Virus record (IMG/VR): IMGVR_UViG_3300043442_000393
Span: 1-38,986 of that record
Direction: 5' to 3' (one strand)
From: a virus
Taxonomy: Duplodnaviria > Caudoviricetes
Length of the DNA: 38,986 nucleotides
The notes under the pieces are model-generated. The model was not told where the DNA came from and did not search any database. It was given only the letters and a program-made list of their open reading frames with translations. A program made the position numbers and the translations under genes. Below are positions 29,966 to 38,986 of the stretch, piece after piece. Position 1 is the first letter of the stretch, and every line of letters starts with the position of its first letter.

Positions 29966-31873
29966 TTAGTACTCGATGGCAGCAGCAGCTGCGCCACCAG
30001 TGGTGTCACGGAGGGCCGCAGCCACACCGTTCACCGCGATGGTGGATGTAACGGCGAGCGACTCGATGCCGACCTTCGCGATACCTTCAAAGGTCTCGAC
30101 GAATGTCTTGTAGTCGTTCGTGCCCACGAGGGTCGAGTCACGGATGACACCGAGGTCCAGTGTGCCGCCGTCGAGGAACAAGAATGTTCCTTCAGCGAAC
30201 ATGTACCATGTGAAGGTGTCGAGGAACTCGAGTGCTGCACCAGCTGACTGGCTGCCGTAGACGTCCTGGTCGAGCGAGTAGCTCATCAGAACGCCGCGAG
30301 CGGCGAGGTAGCCGTCCAACTCGGCGTCGGCAACGGCAAGCGTGCCCTGCGCACCTGGCATTGCCAAGGCGAGGTCGGCGCGCATTGCGTCACGGACCCA
30401 CACTGGAGCGATGACGCGCAGTGGCGCATCGGCTTCCATGCGGTGACGCGAGCGGTAGGCCACCGCGGCGCGACCGACCTGAACCAGGAAGTCGCGAGCG
30501 AAGCCCATGAGGCTCGAGGATGTGACTGCTGTCGAGGCAGCGCTGATCTTGCTGAGCAGGTACTGCTCGGCTTCACGAGCGTGCTGGATCAGAGCGAGCT
30601 CGTTGTGACGAGCGATCAACTCTGGGTACGCACGCGTCATGAGGTTACCGAACTGCAGCTGCAGCGTGACGGCGTCTGTGACGGCGGTTGTTTCGGAGGC
30701 GGCCGAGACAGTCAGGCTGTCCTTGACCGAACCACCAGGTGTGATGTCTGTGGCGTTCGTCCACACACCGACGGCCGAGCCGTACGATGAGAGCACCGGC
30801 GGAACCACAAAGCGGATACCACCGCGGTCAGCCGAGAAGCGCGGGAGCGCGTCACGGACCGGGCGGGCCGTTGTGCCGAGACCGAAGATGTCGTACTTGA
30901 CCTCGAACGGAGCGGAGTGACCACCGGATGCGACGAGGGCCTCAGGACCAGTGACGGCCTGAACCTTCGCCCAGTTGGACTCCGCATCCTGTGTCAGGAT
31001 ACGCTCTTCTGGGTAGCTTGTTGTGAACGAAGCGACGATGTGCTGTTCGCCATCGCCACCGTTGACGCGGCGGAGGCCATGCAAGCGCTTGGCCATCACC
31101 TCGGCAACTTCCTTCATGTCTTTCAGTGAGCTGCCGGCCGTGTAGCCTGGGATGTCAGCGCCTGCGGTGATCGCCACCGGGGCTGCCTCCACCCGAGCCT
31201 GCGGACGACGGTCAGCCGGAGCCTGGATGTCTGTGACTTCCACTGTCTCCGTGTTTTCTGTTGCGGCCACGAGTGGCTCCTCAACTTTCTGCACGTCCTG
31301 TGCCTCTGATGTTGTTGTTGTTGTGCTTTCAGCGACGACTTCGGCTGGTGTCTCTACAGCGGCATCGGCAACGACTGCCTCAACCTCTGCTGGAGTCTCA
31401 ACCGCGGCTGGCGCCTCTGGCGTTGATGTTTCGGTGGAAAGCTCTGATGCCTTTTCCTCTGTGACAGTTGCCTCTGTTGCGGCTTCGACCTGCATCTCCA
31501 TCTTCTCCTCTTCCTTCTTCTCCTCTTCCATTTCTGGAGCAGGAGCTTCCTCGGCGGGAGTCTCAGGAGCTTCAGCAGGCTCTTCGCCCTCAGCTGCCTT
31601 CTCTTCTTCCATGTCTGCGGCCTCACCCTTCACGCGTGTGGAGGCCTCGGCGGCGCGGGCGGCAAGCTCTTCAGCCTGCGCGACGCGACGCTTCGACTCA
31701 GCACGAACGGTGTCGAGCATATCGGCAAGTGTCGTCATGGTTTCAACTGTCTGAGGTGTCGGATCTTCGCCTTCAACCGATTCAAACTCGGAGACGATCG
31801 CAGCCTGCAGATCGACGATCTGGTCGTCGGTCAGCTCTGTGATCGTATCGAGCATTTGCTTGATTCGGTCCAC
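29966..31873 (-). CDS. Major capsid (hexamer-like) protein with an N-terminal acidic scaffold domain
   Basis: Acidic, Ala-rich N-terminal part, then AGADIPG, ALVASGG..AP....Y, RPVRDALP, RGGIRF and GTFLFLDGGTLDLGVIRDSTL..TNDY. Confidence 0.88.
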   Translation of the reverse strand: MDRIKQMLDTITELTDDQIVDLQAAIVSEFESVEGEDPTPQTVETMTTLADMLDTVRAESKRRVAQAEELAARAAEASTRVKGEAADMEEEKAAEGEEPAEAPETPAEEAPAPEMEEEKKEEEKMEMQVEAATEATVTEEKASELSTETSTPEAPAAVETPAEVEAVVADAAVETPAEVVAESTTTTTSEAQDVQKVEEPLVAATENTETVEVTDIQAPADRRPQARVEAAPVAITAGADIPGYTAGSSLKDMKEVAEVMAKRLHGLRRVNGGDGEQHIVASFTTSYPEERILTQDAESNWAKVQAVTGPEALVASGGHSAPFEVKYDIFGLGTTARPVRDALPRFSADRGGIRFVVPPVLSSYGSAVGVWTNATDITPGGSVKDSLTVSAASETTAVTDAVTLQLQFGNLMTRAYPELIARHNELALIQHAREAEQYLLSKISAASTAVTSSSLMGFARDFLVQVGRAAVAYRSRHRMEADAPLRVIAPVWVRDAMRADLALAMPGAQGTLAVADAELDGYLAARGVLMSYSLDQDVYGSQSAGAALEFLDTFTWYMFAEGTFLFLDGGTLDLGVIRDSTLVGTNDYKTFVETFEGIAKVGIESLAVTSTIAVNGVAAALRDTTGGAAAAAIEY

Positions 31874-31981
31874 TGTCCCTCCTCTGGGATCAGTTCACGA
31901 CAGGAGCCTTATGCCCCTGTACTGGGCTTTTCTGTCCAAGGAAAGGGACTCATCGCACCGTGTGCGGAGGCACTTACCTGT
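31874..31981 (-). promoter_or_regulatory. Structured 5' leader of the capsid gene
   Basis: GTCCCTTT (31949-31942) can pair with GGAGGGAC (31882-31875, containing the SD); internal hairpin at 31900-31920; small hairpin at 31954-31966. Confidence 0.45.
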
Positions 31982-32003
31982 ATGACATAATACTGCATTC
32001 GTA

Positions 32004-35000
32004 TTAGGTCAATAGTCTCAATAGTTTGCTTAGGTCGCTGGAGACCTCTTCTTGAGAGTATGCATCTCCACCGGCCTTGTATTGACGGAGCTTTTGAGTA
32101 GCCTCGGCGGCGTCTTCCTTGCCGATCTTTTTCTCGACTCGGTCCATCATGCTGTCGATCAGATCTCGGAGAACCGGCGGAAGATCTGAGTACCGGACCT
32201 TCTGCGCTTCTGAGCCGAACGGAAGAGGCAGGTTAGAGATGACACTGCCGAGCTCCCGTGTCGTAGACCTAATGTTTTCAAGGGCTTGCGGGTTCAATGA
32301 CCCGGAATCTAGGCGGTCCAGGATCTTCAAGAGCTCCTGCGCCGATGCGGCAGCAGCCTTATAGTTCCCTGCATCGTCAAGGTTTTCAGTCTCCTCGATC
32401 TTCTTCACGACGTCGTCGAGACCAGATGTACCGAGGTCGCCCTTGAGTCGAGCTAGAACCTGCCTGAACTTGCCTGCCGCGTCGCGGGGCTGATTCACAC
32501 CTGAAACATATTTGGCTTCTACTTCTGGAGCCGCAAGAAGTGCTTCTGAGCTTGGGGTTTCAGTTTCCCCCGCTAAAAGACCCTCCTTGGCTGAGGCCAC
32601 ACGGGCGCGGAGATCCAGAACGTCTTCCTCCATTGCAGAGGCCGACTTCCACTTCTCCGGGATCATGTCAGCCTTGCCAAGGGCACGAGCTCTCTTCATG
32701 ATGTGGCGACGCACCTTAGCGCGGTCGCCCGGCTTCGAGCGGCCGTAGGCCTTGATCGCGTTCTCGAGATCTGACGCGTTGCGGATCGGGTACGAACCGT
32801 CCGGAAGAGCCTTGCCTTCCTTGGCAAGTCGCTCGCGTGCTTCTGTTGAGATGTCTGCGAACTCCGCCTCTGCCTGCGCCGATGCGACGCGGCTGCGCAT
32901 GTCGTCGATGATCTCAAAGTCGATGTCGTCTGCGATCGAGAGGTTCTTCCACTCTTCTGGGATCAGATCAGATCTGCCCATTCCGCGAGCACGTCGCATG
33001 ATGTGACGACGGACCGCTGCACGCTTCGACTTCTTTGCACGACCGAACGCTTGTACGGCATCCTTCAACTCTCCTTCGTTACGGATCGGAAACGATCCGT
33101 CTGGGAGAGCTTTCTTCTCAGCGGCAAGCTTCTGGCGAGTTTCACGAGAGATGTATCCGAGCTCGTCGTACTCGATGCCACGAATGCTGGCGAAACGGGT
33201 AGCGGCGGCTGCGGCGCGAGTCGAAAGCTCTGCGTCAACCTCTTCCTTGGCTGCTGTAAACTTCTCTCGCATCTCGGTAGCACGAGCCACCAATGCAGAG
33301 TTTCCGCTTGTCTCGAGAGCAGCGACACGCTGTTCGAGCTCGATAAGCGGGTCACTCTTCATCTTCGCGAGAATAGAAGCGCCAGCCGCGACGAGCGCGT
33401 AGACTTGACCCGAAGCTACACGAGCTCGTGCGATCGGGAATCCTGGAACGTTTACCTGACAGACCGCAACCAGCTCAAGGTGACCCTTGATCGGACGCCA
33501 GTCACCAGACGGGGCTGATGCGCGGAAGACACGGACCTGCTCCGGTGTTGTGCCTGGGCGAAGAGCACCCGCGACCCAGATGCCGTACGAGTCTTCGCCT
33601 GCGTGCACGTCAGCAATCGCAGACGCGGTGTCGTCGTAGTGCTTGACAGCGTCGCGAGCGCTTGCCTCGAGCGGCGCGTGACCGCCGGCAAGCGTGAGCT
33701 GGCCTACAGGTACGTCTTTGTTGTCGTCAGTGCGGACAACGCCTGTGTGGAAGTACGCGTAGTTTGTGCGGCTGCGTGGAGCGCGCACGCCGTGAGACAT
33801 ACCGATGTGGTCTACGTGCCATGCGGCGATATGACCGAAGACTCGGCCGTTCTCGTCGACAGTCAGCGGAGTCGGCTTGTCAAGGTTTGGGTTTGTGAAC
33901 CACGTCGCTGGTGGGACAACTGGAATAGACGCCGCGATGCTGCCACAGGCGACAATGGCCTCGGCCTCGACCGGCGTGATGTCAAGCTCTTCTACGTATT
34001 CGCCGTCTTGAAACACTGTTTCTTCCTCCTGAGTTCCACTTGCCTGATCTTCAATATAAATCTTGCACTGCTCAAAGGCTGGCTTAGGAACGATGGTCAC
34101 TGCCATCACTCGAGCTTGAGTGATTGTCAGTTTGTTACCACCGATCTTACCATCTTCCTTTGTTCCGCTATTCTCAGCGTCCTCTTGGTCTTCGCTGGCC
34201 TCGAACATGTCTAGGTCTGCCGACACGCCACGCATGAAGCCCTCTCGGACCATACGCTCAGCCTCTTTGCCATAGGCTCCGGTATCAAACACGCCGGTAG
34301 CGTTACCGATACCGTCTTCAGTTCGCTCCATGTGGTCGATACGACCAACAACGACAGATCCATTGTGCCCGTCGGCTGTCTTGATCTGCCACAGCAGTGG
34401 CAGAGGAAGCTCTCGAAGCGATATAGCTTCCTTCTTGAACTTGCGACCGTCGCCTGACTCAACGCCTTCTGGGATCACCAGCGGAATGCTGAACTTAGAG
34501 CCTTGCTCTACGGTGTTTTCGTTGATCTTGTATGCTCCAGTAGCTGTAAGAGAGCGCATCTTTTCGCGCGCTGCTTCTGCGTGTGCAGACAGCGACGCTC
34601 GCATGTAATAGTCTTCGCTCGACACAACGTCGTTGATGCTGAAGTTTCTGCTGCCCTTGCGGCCGTACATCTTACGGTGCATCTTGTCTCCGGTCCACAT
34701 GCCTGTGGCTTCCTTGTGACGGAGAGCGCAGTAGCCCTTCGCGCGAGGACCCATATACTTTGCGAGATGACGGAAGCATCGTGTCCAGTCGCCTGGCGTG
34801 TTCCATCGGATCTTCAGCGCGCCTTTGCCATACAACCAGTAACGGCGAAGCTTCTCGGCCTTACCTCGGTTTCTGTCGAGGCCGCCCTTGGCGACAAGCG
34901 CCGAGCTTGTTGTCGGACTCTTTACAACTCCATCAGGAATGACTGCGAAGCGGCAACGTGCAAGCGGCTCGACATCGTTCGCGAGGATCTTGCAACTTGT

Positions 35001-37256
35001 GCCGCCTTCGTACAAGACGCAGTTGGCGCATGTTACGCCCATCTCTTGAATCTCGTTCTCTTCAGCAGGAACGTAGCCAGCCCAGATGCCAGTCTTGTCT
35101 TCATTGAACTTGCCGTGCTTTTCTGCGATCTCTACAAGCGCGTCAGCTAGGTCTTTCTCTTCTGCAACCAAGATTCCTGCTGCTTCGAGAGACTGTGCAA
35201 CAAAGTCTTTGTCGGTGATGACGAGCTTCGGCTTCTTCGTTTTCTTAGCTCCAAAGATCTCGTAGACCGGCTCGGCCAAGATAAACTCACCAGAAGCGCG
35301 AACGCCTCCGTCAACCTGACTCAGCACGTCCTTATAGACATCACCATGCAGCGGCACAACAGGCGGAGGAGTTGCCGACTTGAGATCCGCGAGAATCTTC
35401 TCATCGCGCGACCACTTGCCTTCCTTGCGCACATACGTCATCGGAGTGTTTGACTTCTTGCTTGCTGGCACGATCGCGATCAAGTCAAAGACTGCTCGCG
35501 GATCGTCAGGTGAGACGATCGCCATGTACATCGGCTGGACGTCACTGTTCTCTGGAGTCAAGTCTTCGACAGTGTCATCTTCTTTTTCTTTGCCTTGCTC
35601 GGCAGCTGACGTGATCGGGTTGAACCAGACCTCGTTCTTCTTTTTCTTGAAGAAGTCCTTGAGCATCGGATGCTGATGCGCGTCATCGTAGATCGGACGT
35701 CCTCGAAGACTCTCGATGTTTTTCTGGAAATCGTCTGCCTCTGCTGGCTTCTTGTTGTATCCAGGATCCTTTGGCTTGAACTCACTTGTCGGCGCGGCAG
35801 GCTTCTGTGCGCCGCGCTGAGACTGAACCCACGCTGGGAAGTTTGAGATGACTGTGTCAAGATCTTTCGGCGTCAGACCAGGGAGTCCGCCTGGAATATA
35901 CGCGTCTGGCTTGTCCATCGGAGCGCGCGGCTGCGCAAGAATGCCAGACGTGTCAAGATCACTGTCACCGACGCCAGGACCTACAGTCATCGGCTGCACT
36001 GAGTCTTCTCGTTGTGTATCCGTTCCGGCTACTTCAACGCTCTCGCCGCTGTCCATTTTGACGATGACGCTGTCGGTGTCTGGTCGAAGTGACGTGATAG
36101 TTCCGGTTTTGCTCGCGTCTCCGCCGATTACGACGCGAGATCCAGACTGTGCGAAGCGTCCTGTCTTGTCACGCACTTGCCTGCGAGCTTTCTCTGACCG
36201 TTCTTTTGGAGTGTACTGTCCGTCGCCTGCTTCAACAGCGCCTTCCGGCGCGTCTCCTGCGGCCGCAAGCGCGTAGTCCGCTGCGACCCAGTCGATGTCG
36301 TCGGCTGCGGCAAGTACAAGAGCTGCTTCCTCTTCGTCCAGGTCGTACACGGAGATCGAGCTGAACGGCTTAGCCTGCAAGTGCGCTGAGATGATGAATG
36401 CAGAGTCTGCGTCGATCAAGATATGACGCTTATCAGACGTATCGTAGGGATCGTCAAGAGCACGATCCATCGTCGAGATGTCGTGGTCTACATGACCAAG
36501 GCTGTCCCAGCCACCGTCGTCCCACACGAATACTGTGCCGTCAAGGTCAATCTTGTAAAGTCTGTCGATGTTCTCGTCTGCGCCGACGCGAGCTACAAAC
36601 TCTGGCGCGTTCTCTTCGCCCATCTCATAAGCGAGCTTGAACGCGTTGAGGTCCGCGTTGTGCCCAGGAGTCTCGTAGTCGTCGATAAATCCGCCGGCGC
36701 TCATTGACTTCTTGCGCTTGTTCTCGCGCTCAACGATCGCCTGCGCCCAGCGCCAAGCTACGTCGCCGCCCCACAAAGCCCATGCAATACGCCCGTTCGA
36801 TGGGAAATTGTCTTGGCCAGGCTTCCAGCCTTTGCCTTTCTTGTCAACCTCATGTCGTGGAAAGTATTTTGCGATATGTCGGATCTTCTCGATGCCGATC
36901 TGTCCGCCGCGCGCCAGTGTGCGAGCAGTGTTCAGCCCGACAGGAGTACCGCCGCGCTTATGTTCCTTGCGCCACTCAAGAGCCTTCTTTGCCTCGGCCT
37001 GCGCTCCCTTAGGAATCGTGTACATGCGACCAGCGGCCGTGACTACGTGAATCTCTAGGTCGGCGAGCGCGCCAGTCGCAAGATCAATCTGCGCCTGCGT
37101 CGGCTCGGAGTCAGGCTCTCGCCACTCAGGATACGCAGACAAGACAGCTATGTCTGCGACGTCTTCTACGATGTTTGTGATCTTGTCGATCGAGACAGCG
37201 TTTCTGCCGTCGGTAAAAAGCAACCGACTGCTAGATTCTCCGCAAAGATTCACCAT
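32004..37256 (-). CDS. Large multi-domain capsid maturation protease / head morphogenesis protein
   Basis: Protease-like core PEGVESGDGR...PLLWQ...GH..SVVVGRID...RGVSADLD; PP..WF.NP....TPLTV...GRVFGH domain; two ALPDGS(F/Y)PIRN repeats; directly upstream of the capsid gene. Confidence 0.8.
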   Translation of the reverse strand: MVNLCGESSSRLLFTDGRNAVSIDKITNIVEDVADIAVLSAYPEWREPDSEPTQAQIDLATGALADLEIHVVTAAGRMYTIPKGAQAEAKKALEWRKEHKRGGTPVGLNTARTLARGGQIGIEKIRHIAKYFPRHEVDKKGKGWKPGQDNFPSNGRIAWALWGGDVAWRWAQAIVERENKRKKSMSAGGFIDDYETPGHNADLNAFKLAYEMGEENAPEFVARVGADENIDRLYKIDLDGTVFVWDDGGWDSLGHVDHDISTMDRALDDPYDTSDKRHILIDADSAFIISAHLQAKPFSSISVYDLDEEEAALVLAAADDIDWVAADYALAAAGDAPEGAVEAGDGQYTPKERSEKARRQVRDKTGRFAQSGSRVVIGGDASKTGTITSLRPDTDSVIVKMDSGESVEVAGTDTQREDSVQPMTVGPGVGDSDLDTSGILAQPRAPMDKPDAYIPGGLPGLTPKDLDTVISNFPAWVQSQRGAQKPAAPTSEFKPKDPGYNKKPAEADDFQKNIESLRGRPIYDDAHQHPMLKDFFKKKKNEVWFNPITSAAEQGKEKEDDTVEDLTPENSDVQPMYMAIVSPDDPRAVFDLIAIVPASKKSNTPMTYVRKEGKWSRDEKILADLKSATPPPVVPLHGDVYKDVLSQVDGGVRASGEFILAEPVYEIFGAKKTKKPKLVITDKDFVAQSLEAAGILVAEEKDLADALVEIAEKHGKFNEDKTGIWAGYVPAEENEIQEMGVTCANCVLYEGGTSCKILANDVEPLARCRFAVIPDGVVKSPTTSSALVAKGGLDRNRGKAEKLRRYWLYGKGALKIRWNTPGDWTRCFRHLAKYMGPRAKGYCALRHKEATGMWTGDKMHRKMYGRKGSRNFSINDVVSSEDYYMRASLSAHAEAAREKMRSLTATGAYKINENTVEQGSKFSIPLVIPEGVESGDGRKFKKEAISLRELPLPLLWQIKTADGHNGSVVVGRIDHMERTEDGIGNATGVFDTGAYGKEAERMVREGFMRGVSADLDMFEASEDQEDAENSGTKEDGKIGGNKLTITQARVMAVTIVPKPAFEQCKIYIEDQASGTQEEETVFQDGEYVEELDITPVEAEAIVACGSIAASIPVVPPATWFTNPNLDKPTPLTVDENGRVFGHIAAWHVDHIGMSHGVRAPRSRTNYAYFHTGVVRTDDNKDVPVGQLTLAGGHAPLEASARDAVKHYDDTASAIADVHAGEDSYGIWVAGALRPGTTPEQVRVFRASAPSGDWRPIKGHLELVAVCQVNVPGFPIARARVASGQVYALVAAGASILAKMKSDPLIELEQRVAALETSGNSALVARATEMREKFTAAKEEVDAELSTRAAAAATRFASIRGIEYDELGYISRETRQKLAAEKKALPDGSFPIRNEGELKDAVQAFGRAKKSKRAAVRRHIMRRARGMGRSDLIPEEWKNLSIADDIDFEIIDDMRSRVASAQAEAEFADISTEARERLAKEGKALPDGSYPIRNASDLENAIKAYGRSKPGDRAKVRRHIMKRARALGKADMIPEKWKSASAMEEDVLDLRARVASAKEGLLAGETETPSSEALLAAPEVEAKYVSGVNQPRDAAGKFRQVLARLKGDLGTSGLDDVVKKIEETENLDDAGNYKAAAASAQELLKILDRLDSGSLNPQALENIRSTTRELGSVISNLPLPFGSEAQKVRYSDLPPVLRDLIDSMMDRVEKKIGKEDAAEATQKLRQYKAGGDAYSQEEVSSDLSKLLRLLT

Positions 37257-37272
37257 TGTTCAATACCTCTCG

Positions 37273-37995
37273 TTACTGTACACTATCTGTCACCGGACCA
37301 CCGGTGACCCAAGCGTCGCATGTTCGCGACGCGGCGCACTTGAAATCAAACGCTTCACAGTATCCAAGCTCGGCCGCGTCGATCGCGTCCCAGGCGTTTT
37401 GCTCGCTTGAGCCGCCTTGCTCGATACCGGCAGATATGCATGAACGCATATTCTCTGTGACTACAAACATCGCGCAGTTGCCGCAAAGACTTTGCTTGGC
37501 CTCGTCGATTGTTACCGACCAACGTGACGCCTTCTCGTTCCAGAAGTCCGTGTTTGACAGCTCCGGGTTCAACGGGCCGTAGCCTGCTCCTTCGATCGCC
37601 TTCTCACGATTGCTGAGGTTCAGCACGATGTCCAGCGTGGCCGGAGGACAGTCGTCAGGCGCGGCAGCTGTCATGGCAGCGGTCTTTGGCGCGTTGCTTA
37701 CCGGGCTTAGAAAGTTTTGCAGGTCGTCGATCTCAAACGAGCGCCCTGCGCGCTCCTTGCGGTCGAACTCTGCTATGATGCCCAGCTCGACGGGGACGAC
37801 GCGGAGGTCGTCGAGAGACATGTCGTTAGGGTCGTTTGAAAGCTTGAACCAGCCGCCGTTGCTACGGACGTAGTTGCACTTGTCTTCCGAGCTGCTGAAG
37901 ACCAGGTAGCGGACCGAGTCGTTCTCGGCGTCAACTCCGACCCACAGGTCGTCTTCGTCAGCAAGTTGATTTGGCCAGATCGTGCTATCGCTCAT
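37273..37995 (-). CDS. Hypothetical head-region protein with a C-terminal Cys-rich domain
   Basis: CPPAT...YGPLNP...LCGNC...GYCEAFDFKCAASRTCDAW. Start moved to 37995 (ATGA overlap, AGGAAGAG upstream; track start 38031). Confidence 0.75.
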   Translation of the reverse strand: MSDSTIWPNQLADEDDLWVGVDAENDSVRYLVFSSSEDKCNYVRSNGGWFKLSNDPNDMSLDDLRVVPVELGIIAEFDRKERAGRSFEIDDLQNFLSPVSNAPKTAAMTAAAPDDCPPATLDIVLNLSNREKAIEGAGYGPLNPELSNTDFWNEKASRWSVTIDEAKQSLCGNCAMFVVTENMRSCISAGIEQGGSSEQNAWDAIDAAELGYCEAFDFKCAASRTCDAWVTGGPVTDSVQ

Positions 37996-38396
37996 GGTGT
38001 CTCTTCCTGTGGTGGCGCTAGAGGATTCCAAAGGATTCCGCTACTCCAATATATTTTCTCAAGCTCTTCTTCTGGCATACTGCTTCCGGATGCTGTCATC
38101 CAAACGCCGTCAGCCTCCGTTAGCCCTCTGATCACGTACTGGCTATTGTAACTTATGAATGAGATGGTGCCTTTACGCTCGTTGAACTGGATCTTACCCT
38201 GCAGTGGATAGATCTTTACGTCGTCTCCACTGACCATGACCGCCGGAGCATTGTTGAACTCAACGGTAGAGAACTTATGGATCGGCCTGTAATGCGGCAT
38301 ACCGTTCTCGTCCGTCACCTCTAGAACTGCTACGCCGTCGATGTAGTTTCCGGTCTGCTGGTACTCTTCTCTCTTAGCGAACTTGAGCTTTGCCAT
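37992..38396 (-). CDS. Hypothetical protein
   Basis: SD GGAGGAG upstream and tight packing with neighbours. Confidence 0.7.
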   Translation of the reverse strand: MAKLKFAKREEYQQTGNYIDGVAVLEVTDENGMPHYRPIHKFSTVEFNNAPAVMVSGDDVKIYPLQGKIQFNERKGTISFISYNSQYVIRGLTEADGVWMTASGSSMPEEELEKIYWSSGILWNPLAPPQEETP

Positions 38397-38404
38397 TTCT
38401 CCTC

Positions 38405-38986
38405 CTAGCTTCCGATCTTGACTAGTTGCAGGTCCCCGACGTTGATCTTCAGCAGGGCCTTCGCCTGTGTATGCGTGAGAGCGCCCATCTTTAGGTCACT
38501 GTCCGACACATTCGTGTTCTTCGGCGCGATGATCGTCCTGTAGTAGTTGACCTTTCCGTTGACGGTGGCCTGGAGATAGACGACGAAGAACGACGAGATC
38601 GACTTGCCCTTGCTCGTCGAGTACGGCTGCTCTACGTACCTGTGGAATATCGGCTTTATGTCCTTAGCGCCAGACAGTGCCTGTGGAGTGTTCGTCTCGA
38701 TCTTCTTCGTGGCCGGCAGCGGGAATCCGTTGTTCTCTTGCGCCATTCTGATGTATGACTCAAGCTCGCCGTAGTAGTCATCGATGGTAGCGAACTCAAA
38801 CGCTGGATTTCCGTCCTTGTTCAGCGACGTCGTAACCTTGTCGATGCTCTGCTGTGTCATCTCTCGGTACGCGTCCTCGATACCGTCTGGATCAGGCGAG
38901 AACCTCTTTATGCCGTTGCTGCTCTTGACCACGACCTGCTCGACCGGCTTGCCGCCGATCTCGTTGATACCGTTGTCCTTGAGGAT
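38405..38986 (-). CDS. C-terminal part of a larger protein starting outside the window
   Basis: The frame of track ORF 38405-38932 stays open to the window end (ILKDNGINEIGGKPVEQVVVKS...). Confidence 0.7.
   Translation of the reverse strand: MLKDNGINEIGGKPVEQVVVKSSNGIKRFSPDPDGIEDAYREMTQQSIDKVTTSLNKDGNPAFEFATIDDYYGELESYIRMAQENNGFPLPATKKIETNTPQALSGAKDIKPIFHRYVEQPYSTSKGKSISSFFVVYLQATVNGKVNYYRTIIAPKNTNVSDSDLKMGALTHTQAKALLKINVGDLQLVKIGS

Overview
A ~39 kb segment of a tailed dsDNA phage (siphovirus-like, probably infecting Actinomycetota; the host call is inference). Every credible gene lies on the minus strand. In transcription order (right to left): a head-assembly region with a 1750-aa multi-domain maturation protease, separate capsid hexamer-like and pentamer-like proteins, neck and tail genes with a probable -1 frameshifted chaperone, tape measure and minor tail proteins, and a tail-tip protein ending in Cys-rich modules joined by Pro-Val-Ser repeats. 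Directly after it come three small genes, a Gnt1-like (hydroxyproline) glycosyltransferase and a two-domain 2OG-Fe(II) oxygenase. Then follow nucleotide metabolism and replication genes: a dNMP kinase fused to a UDG-like domain, a thymidylate-synthase homolog with the dCMP-specific Asp, dCMP deaminase, Pol A, RuvC-like resolvase, SNF2 helicase, Cas4-like exonuclease, Sak4-like ATPase and SSB. The segment ends with an operon of two paralogous GT-B-like glycosyltransferases flanking UDP-galactopyranose mutase, followed by a dCTPase/dUTPase that the ORF track missed. The two strongest candidates for undescribed systems are (1) a T4-style cytosine-replacement pathway with a furanose (Galf-like) sugar donor, implying furanosylated 5hmC DNA, and (2) a prolyl-hydroxylase plus Hyp-glycosyltransferase cassette beside a Pro-rich tail-tip protein, implying virion protein glycosylation. 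All family assignments rest on motifs recognised by eye; no searches were run.
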